64,000 nucleotides of DNA, from assembly GCA_043228905.1 (NCBI GenBank), contig JBHGNT010000014.1, positions 9,176,001 to 9,240,000 on the forward strand. Reading direction: 5' to 3'. Origin of the DNA: Azolla caroliniana. Taxonomy: Eukaryota; Plantae; Polypodiophyta. Below the pieces are notes generated by a model. The model was not told where the DNA came from. It worked only from the letters and a program-made list of their open reading frames with translations, and searched no databases. The translations under genes and the position numbers were made by a program. Below are positions 36,691-51,130 of this stretch, piece after piece; within the stretch, counting starts at the first letter, position 1, and every line of letters begins with the position of its first letter.

Positions 36691-39600
36691 AGCATTCAAT
36701 GCGCTCTCTTCAATATTCCTAGCAGCCCAACCGTTCTTCCTTTTATTGACCTTTTCCGTAAATATAAATGTATGTTTGCTATTATTAAAACCAAACATTA
36801 TATACTCAACCCTTGCTAATTATATCTGCACCACTACTTCGTCATTAGTACAGATATGGCTAAAGGTAAACCCTCTCTAAATGTTCTAATACTAGAGTCT
36901 AGATGACATAAATCTACCTCGTCTTGGGTCATCGTCCCCCATACAACATAGTTGGGAAAATAGCCAAACTGACCATCCTTTCTCTTGGTTCATTCAATAT
37001 TGGACATCAAAGAAGAAGCCCAATTACATTTTTCGTTTATTCATTCTACAACTCCATCAATCCCAACATGTGAAGTGGGATCTCGATCAAATTTTAGCAA
37101 AGGGGTTAAAATAAATATAGCAATTTCTAAATTTAATATAGTAGATAGGCCTCAACCTCTTGGACCCACGATCTCACCATCCTTGTCATTGGCAGATAAA
37201 GGTCATTACATCCCACCACGCATATACGTCCATCACTTTGAATATTTCACCATTTGGATATACTTCACTTTGTTAAAGTTCTTTGAGAGACAAAAAATTC
37301 AACCCATGTAACTTGAGAGTCTTACATGTATCAATAAGAATATTATGTGATCGCCTTTTATTTTATTTACTTTTTTACTTTGTCACAATTATTTTGGTTT
37401 GTTCTCAAAGAGGAAGCAACATTTGAAGTTGTAACCTTGGGTCGGTCTTATAGGCTAGTTTGGCCTCTTTCATAGAACAACATTAATATTTCTTTCTTTC
37501 TGATTATTCACTCACTTCCACTTCATTACATATTATTCTCTTTACGCTCCAATGATTAACATTTGTCTAATATGTGACTTTCAACCCCATTTGAACACGT
37601 CTTTAATTCATACATACATATAGTTGGCCGAGGTTTGCAAGTCTCAATCTCTATGGTTGAAAGGAGATTGGTCATGATGAAAGCTAGATCAATTAAGCAA
37701 GTTTATCCCTATCATGATCAATTAGGCCACGTTCAAAACTAACTTTCTCAGGGAGGAGAGTGGAGTTCTCCTTGTCAATGATTTTATTTGTGTACGAAGA
37801 TAAGGAAAACTCCACATGAAAGAGTATTTTTTTCATTTCTAGAAACTCAAGCTATCTCCATGACTACTTTTGGGTACTAGAGAGACTCTCATCCTAGTGT
37901 CTCATCATTGAATCCGTTGTGTAGTGAGGTCTTTCCACATTGCAGTTTGAATATTTCATTAGGCATTATGGATCCATAAACTTTTGGTGACAATTGTCGA
38001 GGGACTACCGTACAATAATCTCCCTAGTCAGAATTTAAGTATCACAAGTTTACAATAGAAATTATATATGTAGTTTAGCATATACTTGTGCACCAATGAG
38101 TGGATTTTCCCTCAATGAGAAATTGGGTATGATGGATGATACACCGTTATATTAGAGGAAAGATGTCATGTTTGTGTGTCACTAGTGTCTTATGGGGAGG
38201 TGTTGTTTGGCATAAAGCTATGATGTCGTAGCTTTAATATCCTAATACATGATGTTGTATGAGGCAAATGATGTTCATGAGGCAATGACAATACATACTA
38301 GAAGATTGATATTAGTTAGTCCCTTCCAGCAACCTTGAAAGCCAGTGCAATTTGTCCAGATTTGGAAAATAGTGACCACAATAACATTATGGGCATTATG
38401 GAAATATCGATGTAATTGACTTTATGATGCGGTAGACATTCATCTCTCAGATGTGCTGGTTGAGATATGGGAGAACTTGTTGGCAGCAATCCATGGCTAG
38501 TATGACAATATGTAGGGTTCTCCAGATCCTATGGACAAAGAAAAGGACAAAGCTTCTTCACTTATGGAAAAAGTTGCCCCTGTTTACAATGTCAACGCAA
38601 GGGCCTCAATGGCAATATCGACTTCCATGGACTCTTTCTTGAATGTCAGCAAATGTAAACATCTTCTAGCAAGTTCGATACTTGGTCCTAGGATTATTTT
38701 ACATCAGTGTATAGTAAAAGTTGTAACCTCCTTGTCAAATAGGTTCAAGTTGTAGCCTTCGGGTGCTTTTTCTTAATACTATTGAAGAAAATCCTTTAAA
38801 TAAAAAAAATAAAAAAAAATCATAATATATTATGTAAGCCATATATTTCTTTTTCATGTATTTGTAAACATTGGGGGTTGGTCACCGTAGTCATATGATA
38901 TATCCATTTTCTTTTGGTATTGATAAAAGTGAAATGATTATGCAATAATTGTTTGTTTCCTTTCTCTATGTTGCCAGACACAATCCTTAGGTGGCAAAAT
39001 ATAGGCACATATCAATTTATAATGATTGAAGTATGCATTTCAATGTAAATCATTTAATGTCGTTCTCATATTAGGTTACCGGTTCCATTACATTAGAATA
39101 ATTCTCGCACTATTTATCTTAAATGAATTTATGGCTATGCTATTTGGTATTATTGGCAAAATAGAAAAAAGTATGGTATCTTTTGGGCTATCATTGGCAT
39201 CTAGTTCAATGCAATTCAATCTTCACCTAAGGTTGGCACACTTCATTTGTAAGAAGATGTGAAAAATAAAAGTGAAACATGCCTTGTAGTTGTGACATTA
39301 ACGTATGTCTATCAAAAACATTTGTTACCCTTCAATAACATGCCAAAGTTGTATTGGAGGAAACGAGGACCCCACTAAAGAAGGTTGGCTACCTATACAA
39401 GTAGGCCAAAGGCATCATGTCCATAATTAAAACTGTGTGAATAATGATACCCATACATTCATCCTTCAAACCCTGTACTTTAATGTAATGCTTGACCCCT
39501 TCTACCATATACGTATTTTTATCCTCTTCTACACCCCTGTGACGTCTTGAATTTGTTTTTTCAAACTATCTAGAATTATTATTTTTCAGCAACAGAAAAC

Positions 39601-41139
39601 AAAAAAGTATGGAAAGCCAAATGATGTGTGTGTTAATGTGTCAATTAGGTATAGGTGTCAATTAGGTATACCGTCACTAAAAGTTGGAGTAGAAATTGAG
39701 TAATTAGACATGGAATATATGAAGTCGAAAATCATTATACATGGACATGACAAGATAGATTACTTACACAATAGCCTTGGCGTGCGGGCTAGTCCTATGG
39801 GACATTACATTTTTATTGACTAAAGGCATGAAGAAACACTAGAATTTCACCATTAAACACACAAAGTGGTAGATGGTATATAATAATAATAATAATAATA
39901 ATAATATAACGACCACATACATACATACATGGGTGGATGAAGGCCATGCATTAAAAATATGCATCTATCCATTTATCTATCTATCTATCTATCTACCTTA
40001 CCTATCTAACACTCTAGAAAGTTTGGAGGTTTACCCTTTCCATTTATTTATTTGTCTGTGTACCCACCCTTATGATGCTTCCTCTTTCTCTTTCTGTAGC
40101 CTTCGATATTAGAAGAGAAAGAAAGAAAGAAAGAGAGAAGGAAAAATAAAACGACACCTAGATGGAGAGAGACATTAGGGTTGCGTGAGAGGCAACCCTA
40201 ATCTCCCCGTCTCTTCCTTTGCTTCTGCCTCTCCGTCTGTGTCTGTGTCTCTCTCTATCAGTATCAGTAAGTGAACTTTGAAGTAATCCATGCGAACCTT
40301 CTATAATATTTTTCATCTTCTATATCTATTCATGCTCGTTATAGCGTTATGTTGCCTGTGTAGCACTAGTAGATGTGCACAATGGTTTGCCCTGGGATGA
40401 CGATGCATCACAGTCATTGGACATTTACCTCAACCTTAACTGTCTCAACGACAAGGGTGTGTATCTAGGAAGATCACCTGGGTCGAGCTTATCATTGCAG
40501 GCTCCACGCATGTGTTAGGATCCTCGACAGATGGTTTAGGTCATGGATTAAGTAATTAATCCTATCGTGCATGCGTGTGTTTTGTGTGTATGTGAGGGCA
40601 TGCTTGATTTGAAGAGTACTAATCATAATCATCATAACACCAGAAGAATCAGCAGCTAATTAATTGAATACAAACAGCTTGAATTATACTCAAATCTAAC
40701 TAACAGCTGGAGGAAAATACATATCCACAAGAGAAGGAGGCGAAGCTCACAGAAACTCAACATGGACGAGACTACACCGAAGGCAGCATTTGCATCCTTC
40801 AGCAAGCATGATCTGAACCATACCTCATTGCAACATATATGCACTTAAGGTGTTCTAATTTTCCCTTTATTGTTATGTACGAAAAAATCTCAACCCCTTA
40901 TTCCTCCCAGCATGCTACTTTTAAGTCAACTATCAACATAGAAAAACGTTGTAGAATGATAATATATCATAAATATTATAAACTGGAAACTTGTACAAGA
41001 AGAATACAGATAGTTTGTCATTTGCATGAACAATGAGTTTTGGGATACACCATCTCATAGACATATTATCCCACAGATTGCACGTTTCTCATGTGGGGAT
41101 GATCAATCCTACTCTACTCCATAATCTTCAGAGAAAACA

Positions 41140-41615
41140 TGAAAAATTTTGTTGCATAAAAATAAAAACTTGAAACATGAAATTATTTTCTACTATATGA
41201 CAAATTGATGCAATAAATTTGAGGGGGTGTTATTGGATCATACAGTATGAAATGTGTTTGGAACTACTCTCCTGTGTAGTAACATATAGTTTCGACATGT
41301 AAAGTAAAGAGCTCAATTAATCGTGGGGCACAGGGTGGAGATAATGATGTAAAGGTCCCTATGATTCTGGTGTTCAGAGAACGCCTAAAAACATCCACAG
41401 ATAGAGGTCATCCACCATGGTCCATCATTTGTACATTGTTGACCGGAAACATTAAAAATCTAACATACAATGAATTCCATTCACCATAGGTTTTGAGCCA
41501 AAACATTAAACTAACATCCACAACTCTACATCCAAAGTCTGAGAATGGGCTCTGTTGAAAACGGTGATATCTGTGCCACAATTATGATGCATTTGATGTA
41601 GTTTATGATATAACC
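41140..41615 (-). pseudogene. Degraded partial duplicate of hydroxylase exon 2 and its 3' flank
   Basis: YHKLHQMHHNCGTDITVFNRAHSQTLDVEL vs YRKLHQIHHNCGGDITVFNTAYSEALDVGL; also matches 33351-33440 and 33776-33840; has deletions and frameshifts. Confidence 0.88.
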
Positions 41616-42504
41616 AATCTCTAGGCTCCTCGGTCCACAAGACGAATATACAATACAGTTCAGTCCACATTGTAATGATCATGTCCATTCAATCCACACA
41701 TTAAGGTAAAAGGTTACTACAGAATGGATAGAGAGCTTGAGATGATGACCAAGATGATGATATTTTAGCATCCTCACGAGGTCAAAAAACATGACATGAA
41801 ATACAAGACCTATGGTGCAACGAGTCTAGGAAAAAACAAGGAGGTGGGTACTTTACGGAACCATCAATTTAGAATGCAGATGAATAATCATATATCTATA
41901 TGAAAGGTAACATTTAAACAACGCTACAAATTCTCTCTATGTGGCATCTATCCGCATAACTGCGTAGAGGATACGATGTCCTTGGAGACTTCTAGACGTG
42001 ATGATGAAACATTAAAATCCATGCAACAAACAATCCATAAAAATCAACGAAGGCCTATTGCATTGCCTAGTTTTGTTGTGCCTCTACAGGGGGAATTGTT
42101 ATGTCCTTAGCCTCTATGGATTTCATCACATGTCCATCAGGCATGCCTTTAAGTCTGTTGGGAAGAAGATTGCACATTTCATGGGCACAACCATACATTG
42201 ACTGCCACGTCACTAGTCTCATCCCACTCTAGGCATTATAAGACCTTAAGGGTTCAAATGCAAGAGGTGATCGAAATCAATCCCAAGGTTGAGTGGATTG
42301 GGTATGTGAAAGCTCCCAAAGAGCATGACATTGACCCATCAAAGCCCTTGACTTGGTCGTTGCACTCATCTACATCCAGGAATCCAAGGGTTTCTCATGT
42401 ATTGAACAAGATTAGTGTAGATCTTATGCTAGTGTTTACCACGGTTGACAAGGTGACATGTTGGATATGCCATGGCCATACTACAACTTGGGTTTAGCAT
42501 TAGG

Positions 42505-43047
42505 TGTTATGATTTCGACTCAGATGGAAGTTACAAAAACTTAGACACAAACAAGAAATAAAAGAAGTAGCACATGATTTACATGGAAAACCCTAATTTC
42601 CGGGAAAAACCACGGGAACAAAAATTTCCACTATGAGATAAGACGAAATATAATCACAGAATGATAGAACCTGATTCGGTATGGTTGTACTCTGAAACCA
42701 CAATTTTAGCCGAGTGCACCAAACCCTAACATGTAGGTATCTATCTCTTTTGAAGCCTACACGACTTCTTGGTTTGTCTTTTCTTTTCTTTTTGTTACAC
42801 TCTTCTTCCTTGTTTCCTCTCACGCTGAGCTTTTGAGCTATGGCACTCGCACAACCACTACTGTGTTAGCTCTCTATCGTTTCCTGTGTCGCTCTACTCT
42901 TGCAACACGTTCTCTTACGCGTTCACACACACACTTACTCACTTGTTCACTTCTATTTACCTTCGCGCTGCTCTCACTGTTTTACTCTTAGTGAGTTATC
43001 CCACATACATACGCAGTTAATTCGACTCACTATATATACTAACTCAT

Positions 43048-43104
<57 letters not shown>

Positions 43105-43252
43105 GTTCGTTCGAAGTTCTATTTGGTTGACTTCCATTCGATCGAATCTCATTTCTGCTTTTCGGCCAATTTCGGTCAACCGACTCATTTCGGCTTGTGA
43201 ACCGATTTCAGCCAGCCGACACCCCCAAAAGGAGGGACAATCTTATATAACA
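42505..43252 (-). repeat. 3' LTR of the host copia
   Basis: TGTTAT...ATAACA termini next to PPT AAGGGGGAG (minus strand); contains (CA)n(TA)n. Confidence 0.75.
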
Positions 43253-44062
43253 AACTCCCCCTTCACTTCTGTAGGGGAGAGTCAACGAAACCAATCTTTT
43301 GCCGGCACGCAACAAGTTTTTCCATAGACAAGACTTTAGTAAGCATGTCTCATCCATTTTTGTTAGTATGGATCTTTGTTAAGACAAACTCATTTTCTTC
43401 CACTCTCTCTCGCAACCAATGATACCTTCTTTGAATGTGCTTTGTACAAGAGTGATATGTAGCATTCTTAGCGAGATGAATAACACTCTGATTATCACAA
43501 TGAAGTAGGAATGTTTCGTGTTTCATTCCTAGTTCACTTAGGAAATCTGTCATCCAAATCAATTCTTTTCCGGCTTCCACTACAGCCATATACTCAACTT
43601 CCGTGGTTGATAAGGACACAACCTTTTGCAATCTTGATTGCCAAGATACAACTCCCCCTAAATAAGTCATCACATACCCTGATGTGGATTGGCTGGAATC
43701 TACATCACCCGAAATATCAAAATTTGTGAAACCTTTGAGCATAGGTTTCCCGGAGCCATATCCAATGCATACACTTGAAGTACCTTTGAGGTATCTAAGT
43801 ATCCATTTTACGGCTGCCCAATGTTCCTTTCTAGGATTACTCATGTAGCGACGAACGGTCCCAACAACAAATGTAATGTCAGGCCTCGTGCAGACCATAA
43901 CATACATTAGGCTCCCAACAACAGAGGCATATGGCACCCTCCTCATCTATGCCTTCTCTTTCTTAGTTTTCGGACATTGTCCTGAATTTAACTTACAATT
44001 CACCGGCAATGGAGATCTAATAGATTTTGCATTGTGCATGTTAAACCTTTGCAAAACTTTCA

Positions 44063-47000
44063 TGTTGAGATACAAGCTCAACATTGGCTGGATCAGTTGT
44101 GCAAGCCGAGAACCGGATCGGTTGGGACCGATCGGTTAGGCCGGACCGATGCGTAAACCGGGTGCGCAAACCGGTGCGCAACAAGAAGCCGTAGCGGTGC
44201 GTAAATCGCAAGGCCGTTGGAAAGATATTCTGTGTAAGAATATATTTTAGGAGTTAGTGTAGAGCTCAGTTATGAGCATTGAAGTACGTGTTAGTACTTT
44301 TGTCAGTCCGTATGGACTTGTATAAAAGTGCTCACTGAGCACATTCTATGTACAGACTGAGTATTATTTTTTGAATAGAGTTGTGTATTCTCTCTCTCTC
44401 TCTCTTTGTCTCTCCCGCGTACTGTGTGTGTGTCCAAGCTCTCCATTAAACCTATGTTTTCCTATGTTCTGCTTTTTGTTGCTTCTACACGTTGTTCTTT
44501 ACCCATGGTATCAAAGCGCGAGGGTTGAGAACCTCTGCATCGGACTTTAGCTCGAGAAGAAAACCTAACCTTCGTAAAGAACAGGAAAACAAAATGGATA
44601 GAGGCATGGCTAGCTCGCTTCCGATCGAGAAGCTCGACAGAAACAACTATGTGTCTTGGTTGTACAAGATGCACCAATACCTTCTCGGGCATGGATATTG
44701 GAGCTATGTCGACGGAACAAATGACACAACAGTCGATTTGACACACAAAGACTTCCTGGCTTGGGAATAGTCAGCGAGGAAAGTTCTCTACTGCTTCGCA
44801 TCTTGTGAGGGCGAAAAAATTCTGAGCTATATTCGGGATGCAAAAACGCCGAAGGATGCTTGGGGAAATCTAAAAAAGATTTTCGCTGCAAGCACCATAG
44901 CCAGAAAGCTTCAACTCCGATAGGAGTTGAGCAACTTGCGATAACGTAATTTGTCTATGGCTGATTACACCTCGAAGATCAAAGATATATGCGACTCCTT
45001 AGCCTCCATCGATGTGAATGTCGAGGAAGGTGAGATGGTGCGGATCTATCTCGGGGGATTGGCGTCGAAGTTCGGAGCATTCCAAATTGCTGTGTGCACA
45101 TGGGAGAATATACCGTCGTTTTTTGACCTATAGTCGATGCTCTTTATAGAGGAGAACCACGCGGGTGCGTCGATAGCAAGATGTTGTACACGAAGGGAGA
45201 TAGGCCTTGTAGTCATGGTGGACGAGGCGAGTCGGTGCACAATGGAGGCGGCCGACGGGATCAAGGAAGAAGGCACCAAAGTGATGCCGACAGCAATTCT
45301 GGACCCTCCGGAAACAGGGGGAGTCGAGATGACGAGAACTATCAAGGGAAATCCGTCGTGGAATGCTGGTACTGTGGCAAGAAAGGCCACAAGGAGAGCG
45401 AGTGCTGGAAAAAGCGCGCCAATTCGGAGAAAACCAGATCCGGATCTGGACAAACCGACAAAGGAAATCGGCAGCGATCGCACTACACCGAAGGATCTGA
45501 AAAAGTCGGAAAGGGGGCAACCTTCATGATGAGACACAAAGCGAACTCGATGAAGAGGACCACCCCGAAATCGGACAAGGTGTGGTACGTTGACTCCGGC
45601 GCGTCAAACAACATGACGAGCCATAAGGAGTGGTTCTCATACCTTGAGAAACCAATGCAATCGGGAGTAGTCGCAACAGGAGACGACACTCCGCATCCAA
45701 TTGAGAATGTCGGTGAAGTTCCCCTAAGCCATGTAGGGCAAAAAGGGAAACTCATGAACATGCTACACGTCCCGACAATCACGAAGAATCTGGTGTCGGT
45801 CAAGGAGATCGTCGACCAGGGGATGCAAGTCCGGTTCATGCATCTCGGGTGCTTCATCGAGGAGGAAGGCCAAGTTATTGCGCAATGACGTCGGCACCAC
45901 AATGTTCACAAAAGGACAAATAGTCGAGTCGGACATCAACTTGTGGCACAAGCGGATAGGCCACGTCAACTATCAAAGGCTTTAGGACTTGCAGTCAAAA
46001 CAAGTTGTGTTCGAATTGGCCAAATTTAGTGGCCGGAAGGCCCAAATTTGTGAAGCCTGCTAGCTAGGGAAGCAACCTCGACTTCCTTTCCCCAAAGAGC
46101 ATAACCGGTGCCGGAACAAGCTTGACTTGATACATTCGGATGCTTCCTTTCCCCAAAGAACGTTAGTCTTGGCGGGAGTCGATATTTTGTCTCCTTCATC
46201 GACGACTACACGCAACACACGTGGATCTATCTCATCGAAAAGAAGAGTGAAGTCTTCGATTGTTTCCGGGACCTCAAAAGCTTTGTAGAAAGGGAAACCG
46301 GGAGAAATATCATGTGCCTGTGGTCGGATGGTGGAAAAGAGTACTTTTCCGGCCAATTCAACAGTTATTTGCAACAAATGGGAGTTCAACGTGAATTTAG
46401 TTGCAGGTATACGCCGGAGCAAAACGGCATAGCCAAAAGGAAAAATTGGTCGGTTGTGGAAGCGGCGCGGGCAATGTTGGAAGAAAAGAGCTTGCCCAAG
46501 TTCTATTGGGCCGAAGCGGTACAAACCGCAGTCTACATCCAAAATCGGATCGGAGACAAAGTGTCGGCGCATGAACTGTACTTCGAAAGAGAGCCGAATC
46601 TGCGACACTTGAGAGTCTTCGGTAGCATTGCATATGTGCATGTGCCGAACGAGAAACGGAGGAAGTTGGACGAGAAAGCCGAGAAGTGTATCTTGGTCGG
46701 CTATTTGGATGAACAGAAGGGTTATAAGTGGTATAATCCCCGAATCAAACAAGCTCGCGTGAGCCGCGATGTTGTGTTTGATGAGTGCGGTCTTGGTACT
46801 TGCCTCTGACTTTGGACCTCAACTCCAACTCCAGATCTTCGGACCCGAGTTCTAACGATGAGGTCAGCGAGGCTGAAATGCCTCCGGATGACAACGAAAT
46901 CAAGACCCCCGATGAGAGTCCAATTTCATTTCAGCTAAGTAGACCGAACGAGCGACTGGGTTGGTTTGACCAGTCCGAAGAAAGGCCAGCGAGTAGTGGA

Positions 47001-49725
47001 GACTTGGCCGTGCATTCCCCGTGTAGGAAGCCGAGGAGATGGTTTACGTGCAATGAAAAAGGGAAGAAGAAGATGCTGGAGTACGGCACCGATAAGGACG
47101 AGTTAGATCGACGCGAATCTGACTCTAAGAAGAGTGATTACGGGCCTTCGAGAGCGAAGTCCGCGTCGGCCAAGAAAGCCTCAACCTCGGCTAATGAGCA
47201 ATTACGCTGATCTACCCGCCAGAAGAACCTTGTTGTGTAGTTCAAATACAACGAGTACATGGCGCATCACTATGTGTACATGACGCGTGTAGTCGAAGTG
47301 CGTGAGCCGGAGAGCTATGTAGAAGTGACGAAGGATGCAAATTGGCGTGCAGCAATGGAGGAAGAGATGTGCGCATTGGCTGAGAATGAAACCTGGGACC
47401 TGGTTGACGCACCGAAGGGTGTGAAGCCGATGGGATGTAGGTGGGTGTACAAGGTGAAGTACAACACTGACAACTCGGTCAACCGATACAAGCTCCGGTT
47501 AGTAGCGGAAGGCTACGTGCAGAAGCACGACGTGGACTACGACGAGACCTTCACAACTATCGCGAAGATGACCACCGTGCGTGTTTTGCTAGCTGTAGCA
47601 GCGGCGAATGGGTGGCATTTACATCAGATGGATGTCAAGAATGCGTTCCTGTAAGGCGAGCTTGAGGAACAGGTGTACATGGTACAACCCCCCGGATTTC
47701 ACTCTGGAATGAACACTTCAACAATCTACCGATTGAAGAAGTCCCTTTACGGACTAAAGCAAGCCCCGCGTGCTTGGAATGCAAAAATCACGCAACGATT
47801 TTGTCGGATGGGATTTGCGATGTCCAAATCAGACTCCTTAGTGTTCATTCGGCAAGGTCGACTCGGGCCGGTTAGTATTTTACTTTATGTTGATGACTTG
47901 GTCATCACCAGTGCCGACCAAGGTGAAATTGACCATGTAAAGCTCCAATTCGCGGCATCATTTGACATGAAGGACCTAGGGGACCTTCATTACTTCTTCG
48001 GGATCGAAGTGATTCGTAGCCCCGAAGGCATCCTGATCAACCAACGACATTACGTGCTGGGTAAGTCTATCTCGACTACTTTGGATAGAACCATCAAGCT
48101 TCGCCATGACTCCGTAAAGGTTTGCGACCCGAAGAGGTTCCGACACATTGTCGGAAGCCTCATCTACTTGACTATCACTCGGCCAAACCTCAGTTACCCG
48201 GTCGGAGTGATTAGTCAATTCATGGCACGACCAACCGAGGAGCACCTTCAATGCGCACAACGCGTACTCCAGTACGTCAGTGGCACTAAGGACCGGGGGC
48301 TACTATTTCGAACCGATACTGCTGCGTAGTTAGTCCGCTACACCGATGCTGATTGGGCCGGAAACGCCGACGATTGCCGATCCACATCCGGATTCGCGTT
48401 CTCTCTTGGGAACATTGCGATCACATGGAGTAGCAAGAAGGAACCGATAGTTTCATTGTCGAGCTCCGAAGCTGAGTATAGAGGAGTGGTTGTCGCAACA
48501 TGCGAAGCCATCTGGCTAAAACGACTACTTAAGGATCTGCGGGTGGAGGTGTCTGATCCGACGACGATCTACCGCGCCAACCTCAACAACATCTAGTTAG
48601 CAAAAAACCCTGTCTTCCATTCCCAGACTAAGCACATTGAGGTGCACTACCTCTTTGTTTGCGAGCGTGTCCTCTCCGGTGAAGTCGAACTTTAGTATGT
48701 TCCGACGGATCGGCAGACCGCCGAAATTTTCACCAAGCCCCTTGGTCTCGACAAGTTGCGACAATTCTCGGGTGCGCTTGGGTTGCGACACCTCGATGTG
48801 CCGAACTTGAGGGGGAGAGAAGTCCCGGAAGACCACGAAAGGGAGCAAGAAAGGAGCGGAAGAGACCGTGACGCCGAGTCAAATGACAAATTCAATTTCA
48901 GGTCGGCTGAAGAAGCCCAGGGCGGATCTGCGAAAGAGTCCGAAAGCAGACGTGAGGGAAGTAGCCGAAAGAAAGAGCCGAAGTCAGCCAAGCATGGGGG
49001 AGATGAAGCCAACTCGGATGAGAGCAAAAACCGATCGGAGGAAGCCGATTCGGTTCAGATATTTAATTTGGAGACGTTGAATCAACCGGGGGCCAAGCGT
49101 AAGAAAGGGCTGCGGAAGAGGTGCCAACACCGCGACAGCAAGGGAGTTGAGAAGGGCCGCATGAGAACACAAACCTGGCCGGAAGGGTCGAGGCGCGCGG
49201 AATCGAATAGGTCGAGCAGCGTAGGCAAGGCATGAAGCTAGAAGAAACCGGAGCCGTGACCCAGAAGAACCAGAAGAGCCTCAAGTTGAGCTTGAGGGGG
49301 AGTGTTGAGATACAAGCTCAACATTGGCCGGATTGGTTGTGCAAGCCGAGAACCGGATCGGTTGGGACCGATCGGTTAGCCTGGACCGCTGCGCAAACTG
49401 GTGCGCAACGAGAAGCCGCAGCGGTGCGTAAACCGCGAGGCCGTTGGAAAAATATTCCGCATAGGAATATATTTTAGGAGTTAGTGTAGAGCTTAGTTAT
49501 GAGCATTGAAGTACGTGTCAGTACTTCTGTCAGTTTGTATGGACTTGTATAAAAGTGCTCACTGAGCACATTCTATGTACAAACCGAGTATTATTTTTTG
49601 AATAGAGTTGTGTGTTCTCTCTCTCTTTGTCTCGCCCGCGTACTGTGTGTGTGTCCAACTTTCCATTAAACTTGTGTTTTCCTATGTTCTGCTTTCCGTT
49701 GCTTCCGCACGTTGTTCTTTTCACA
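44063..49725 (+). mobile_element. Full-length degenerate family-A Ty1/copia with TSD TTTCA
   Basis: LTRs 44063-44505 and 49303-49725; PBS TGGTATCAAAGC 44506-44517 (tRNA-iMet type); PPT 49294-49302; TTTCA at 44058-44062 and 49726-49730; gag-PR-INT-RT-RH fragments. Confidence 0.95.
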
Positions 49726-49800
49726 TTTCATCACATATTTTTCTTGTGACAGCCATAACATGTTTTTAGTCCTATCCCAGACTATATGCATTCCCAAATT

Positions 49801-50488
49801 TGTTAGGAAACAGGTCCCTCCGGCTGGGAAGTGAGAAGAACAGTGTTGATGAGCAAACTCTGCTGAGGCCGATAGGCCGAGGCCGAAACCGGATGTGGAG
49901 TACTCGGCAACGGAAGACCCGGTGAGAACCGGATGACGAGTGCCTGACAAGAGCTGGATGGTGAAGGCCCGGTGAAAACCAGATGACGAGTGCCCGACAA
50001 GCGCCGGATGATGCAGGCCCGGTGAGGAGTGCTCACCGGATGAAGGGACATATTCATAAATATGTTTCTGAGAGTCCATCGGGGCTATATTTGTAAGTAG
50101 ACGAAAAGTCATATTAGTATAAATATGACTTAGGGCAAACTTAGTGTAGTGTTGTTGTCATTCTAGTTGGTTGTGATAATTCTGTGCGTAACCGTGTATA
50201 GAGAGAGAGAGAGAGGACGAGGTCGTTGCCTCTGTTGTAACCGACGCCTGTGGCGAAGATAGCAAGCTCGAGGTCGTTGCCTTGGTGCTTTAGTATGTAC
50301 ATTGTGATATAGTGATAGTTTGCAGTCTGTGGGCTGCCGTGGTTTTTTCTCTAGTTTGGGTTTTTCCATGTTAACATCCTGTGTACTCTTCTCTTCACTG
50401 TGTCGTGCGTACCTTACCCGTTTTTTGTGTTTGATCCTAGACTTGGTTGTGGCCGAGCGTTGTGCTTAGGGAGCGTGTATTCCTGTCA
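49801..50488 (+). repeat. Solo LTR (family-B copia, 688 bp)
   Basis: Homologous to 28088-28922; imperfect TSD AAATT/AAAAT; interrupts host RT at PAKQI|LGM. Confidence 0.82.
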
Positions 50489-51022
50489 AAAATCTGTTTC
50501 GCCGGTCCTAAGTCCTTCATGGCAAAAGATTTGCTCAAAGCTTTCTTCAAGCTTGCAATGTTTTTAGCATTCTGTCCAACAACCAACATATCATCCACAT
50601 ACAACAAAAGAATAAAAAAATCACCTTCATCATACCTCTTCACAAATACACAATGATCGGCTTGTGTTCTGTGGAATCCATGTTCCAACATGAAGAAGTC
50701 AAACTTCTTATACCATTGTCGAGGAGCTTGTTTCAGTCCATACAAGCTCTTCCTCAACCTACATATAAGATTTTCTTTTCATTTCACCTCAAAGCCCTTT
50801 GGCTGCTGCATATAGATTTCCTCTTCCAACTCATCGTGCAAGAATGCTATTTTAACATCCAATTGTTCAATTTCCAGATTCATACTGGTAGCCATACTCA
50901 AAACAGTCTGGATGGAGGTCATCTTCACTACTGGAGCAAAAAATCTCATCAAAATCAACACCCTTTTGTTGGGATTTTCGGTCCCTCCGGATGGGATGTC
51001 CCCGGAGATAAATGACGGCAAG

Positions 51023-51130
51023 CCCGGTTACGGAGCCGGATGATGAAGACCCCGGTTACGGAGCCGGATGATGAAGACCCCGGTTACGGAGCCGGATGCT
51101 GAAGACCCCGGTTACGGAGCCGGATGACGA
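51023..51130. repeat. 28-bp tandem repeat x4 in the LTR (also ~55765-55870)
   Basis: CCCGGTTACGGAGCCGGATGATGAAGAC units at a 28-bp period. Confidence 0.92.

Noticed and set aside
37740-38125. Possible MITE with TTTCTCA...TGAGAAA ends
   Set aside because: The inverted match is short and imperfect, and no TSD or second copy was seen.
38430-38760. Possible gene fragment (ORFs 38451-38642, 38531-38755)
   Set aside because: No recognisable motif or convincing splice structure.
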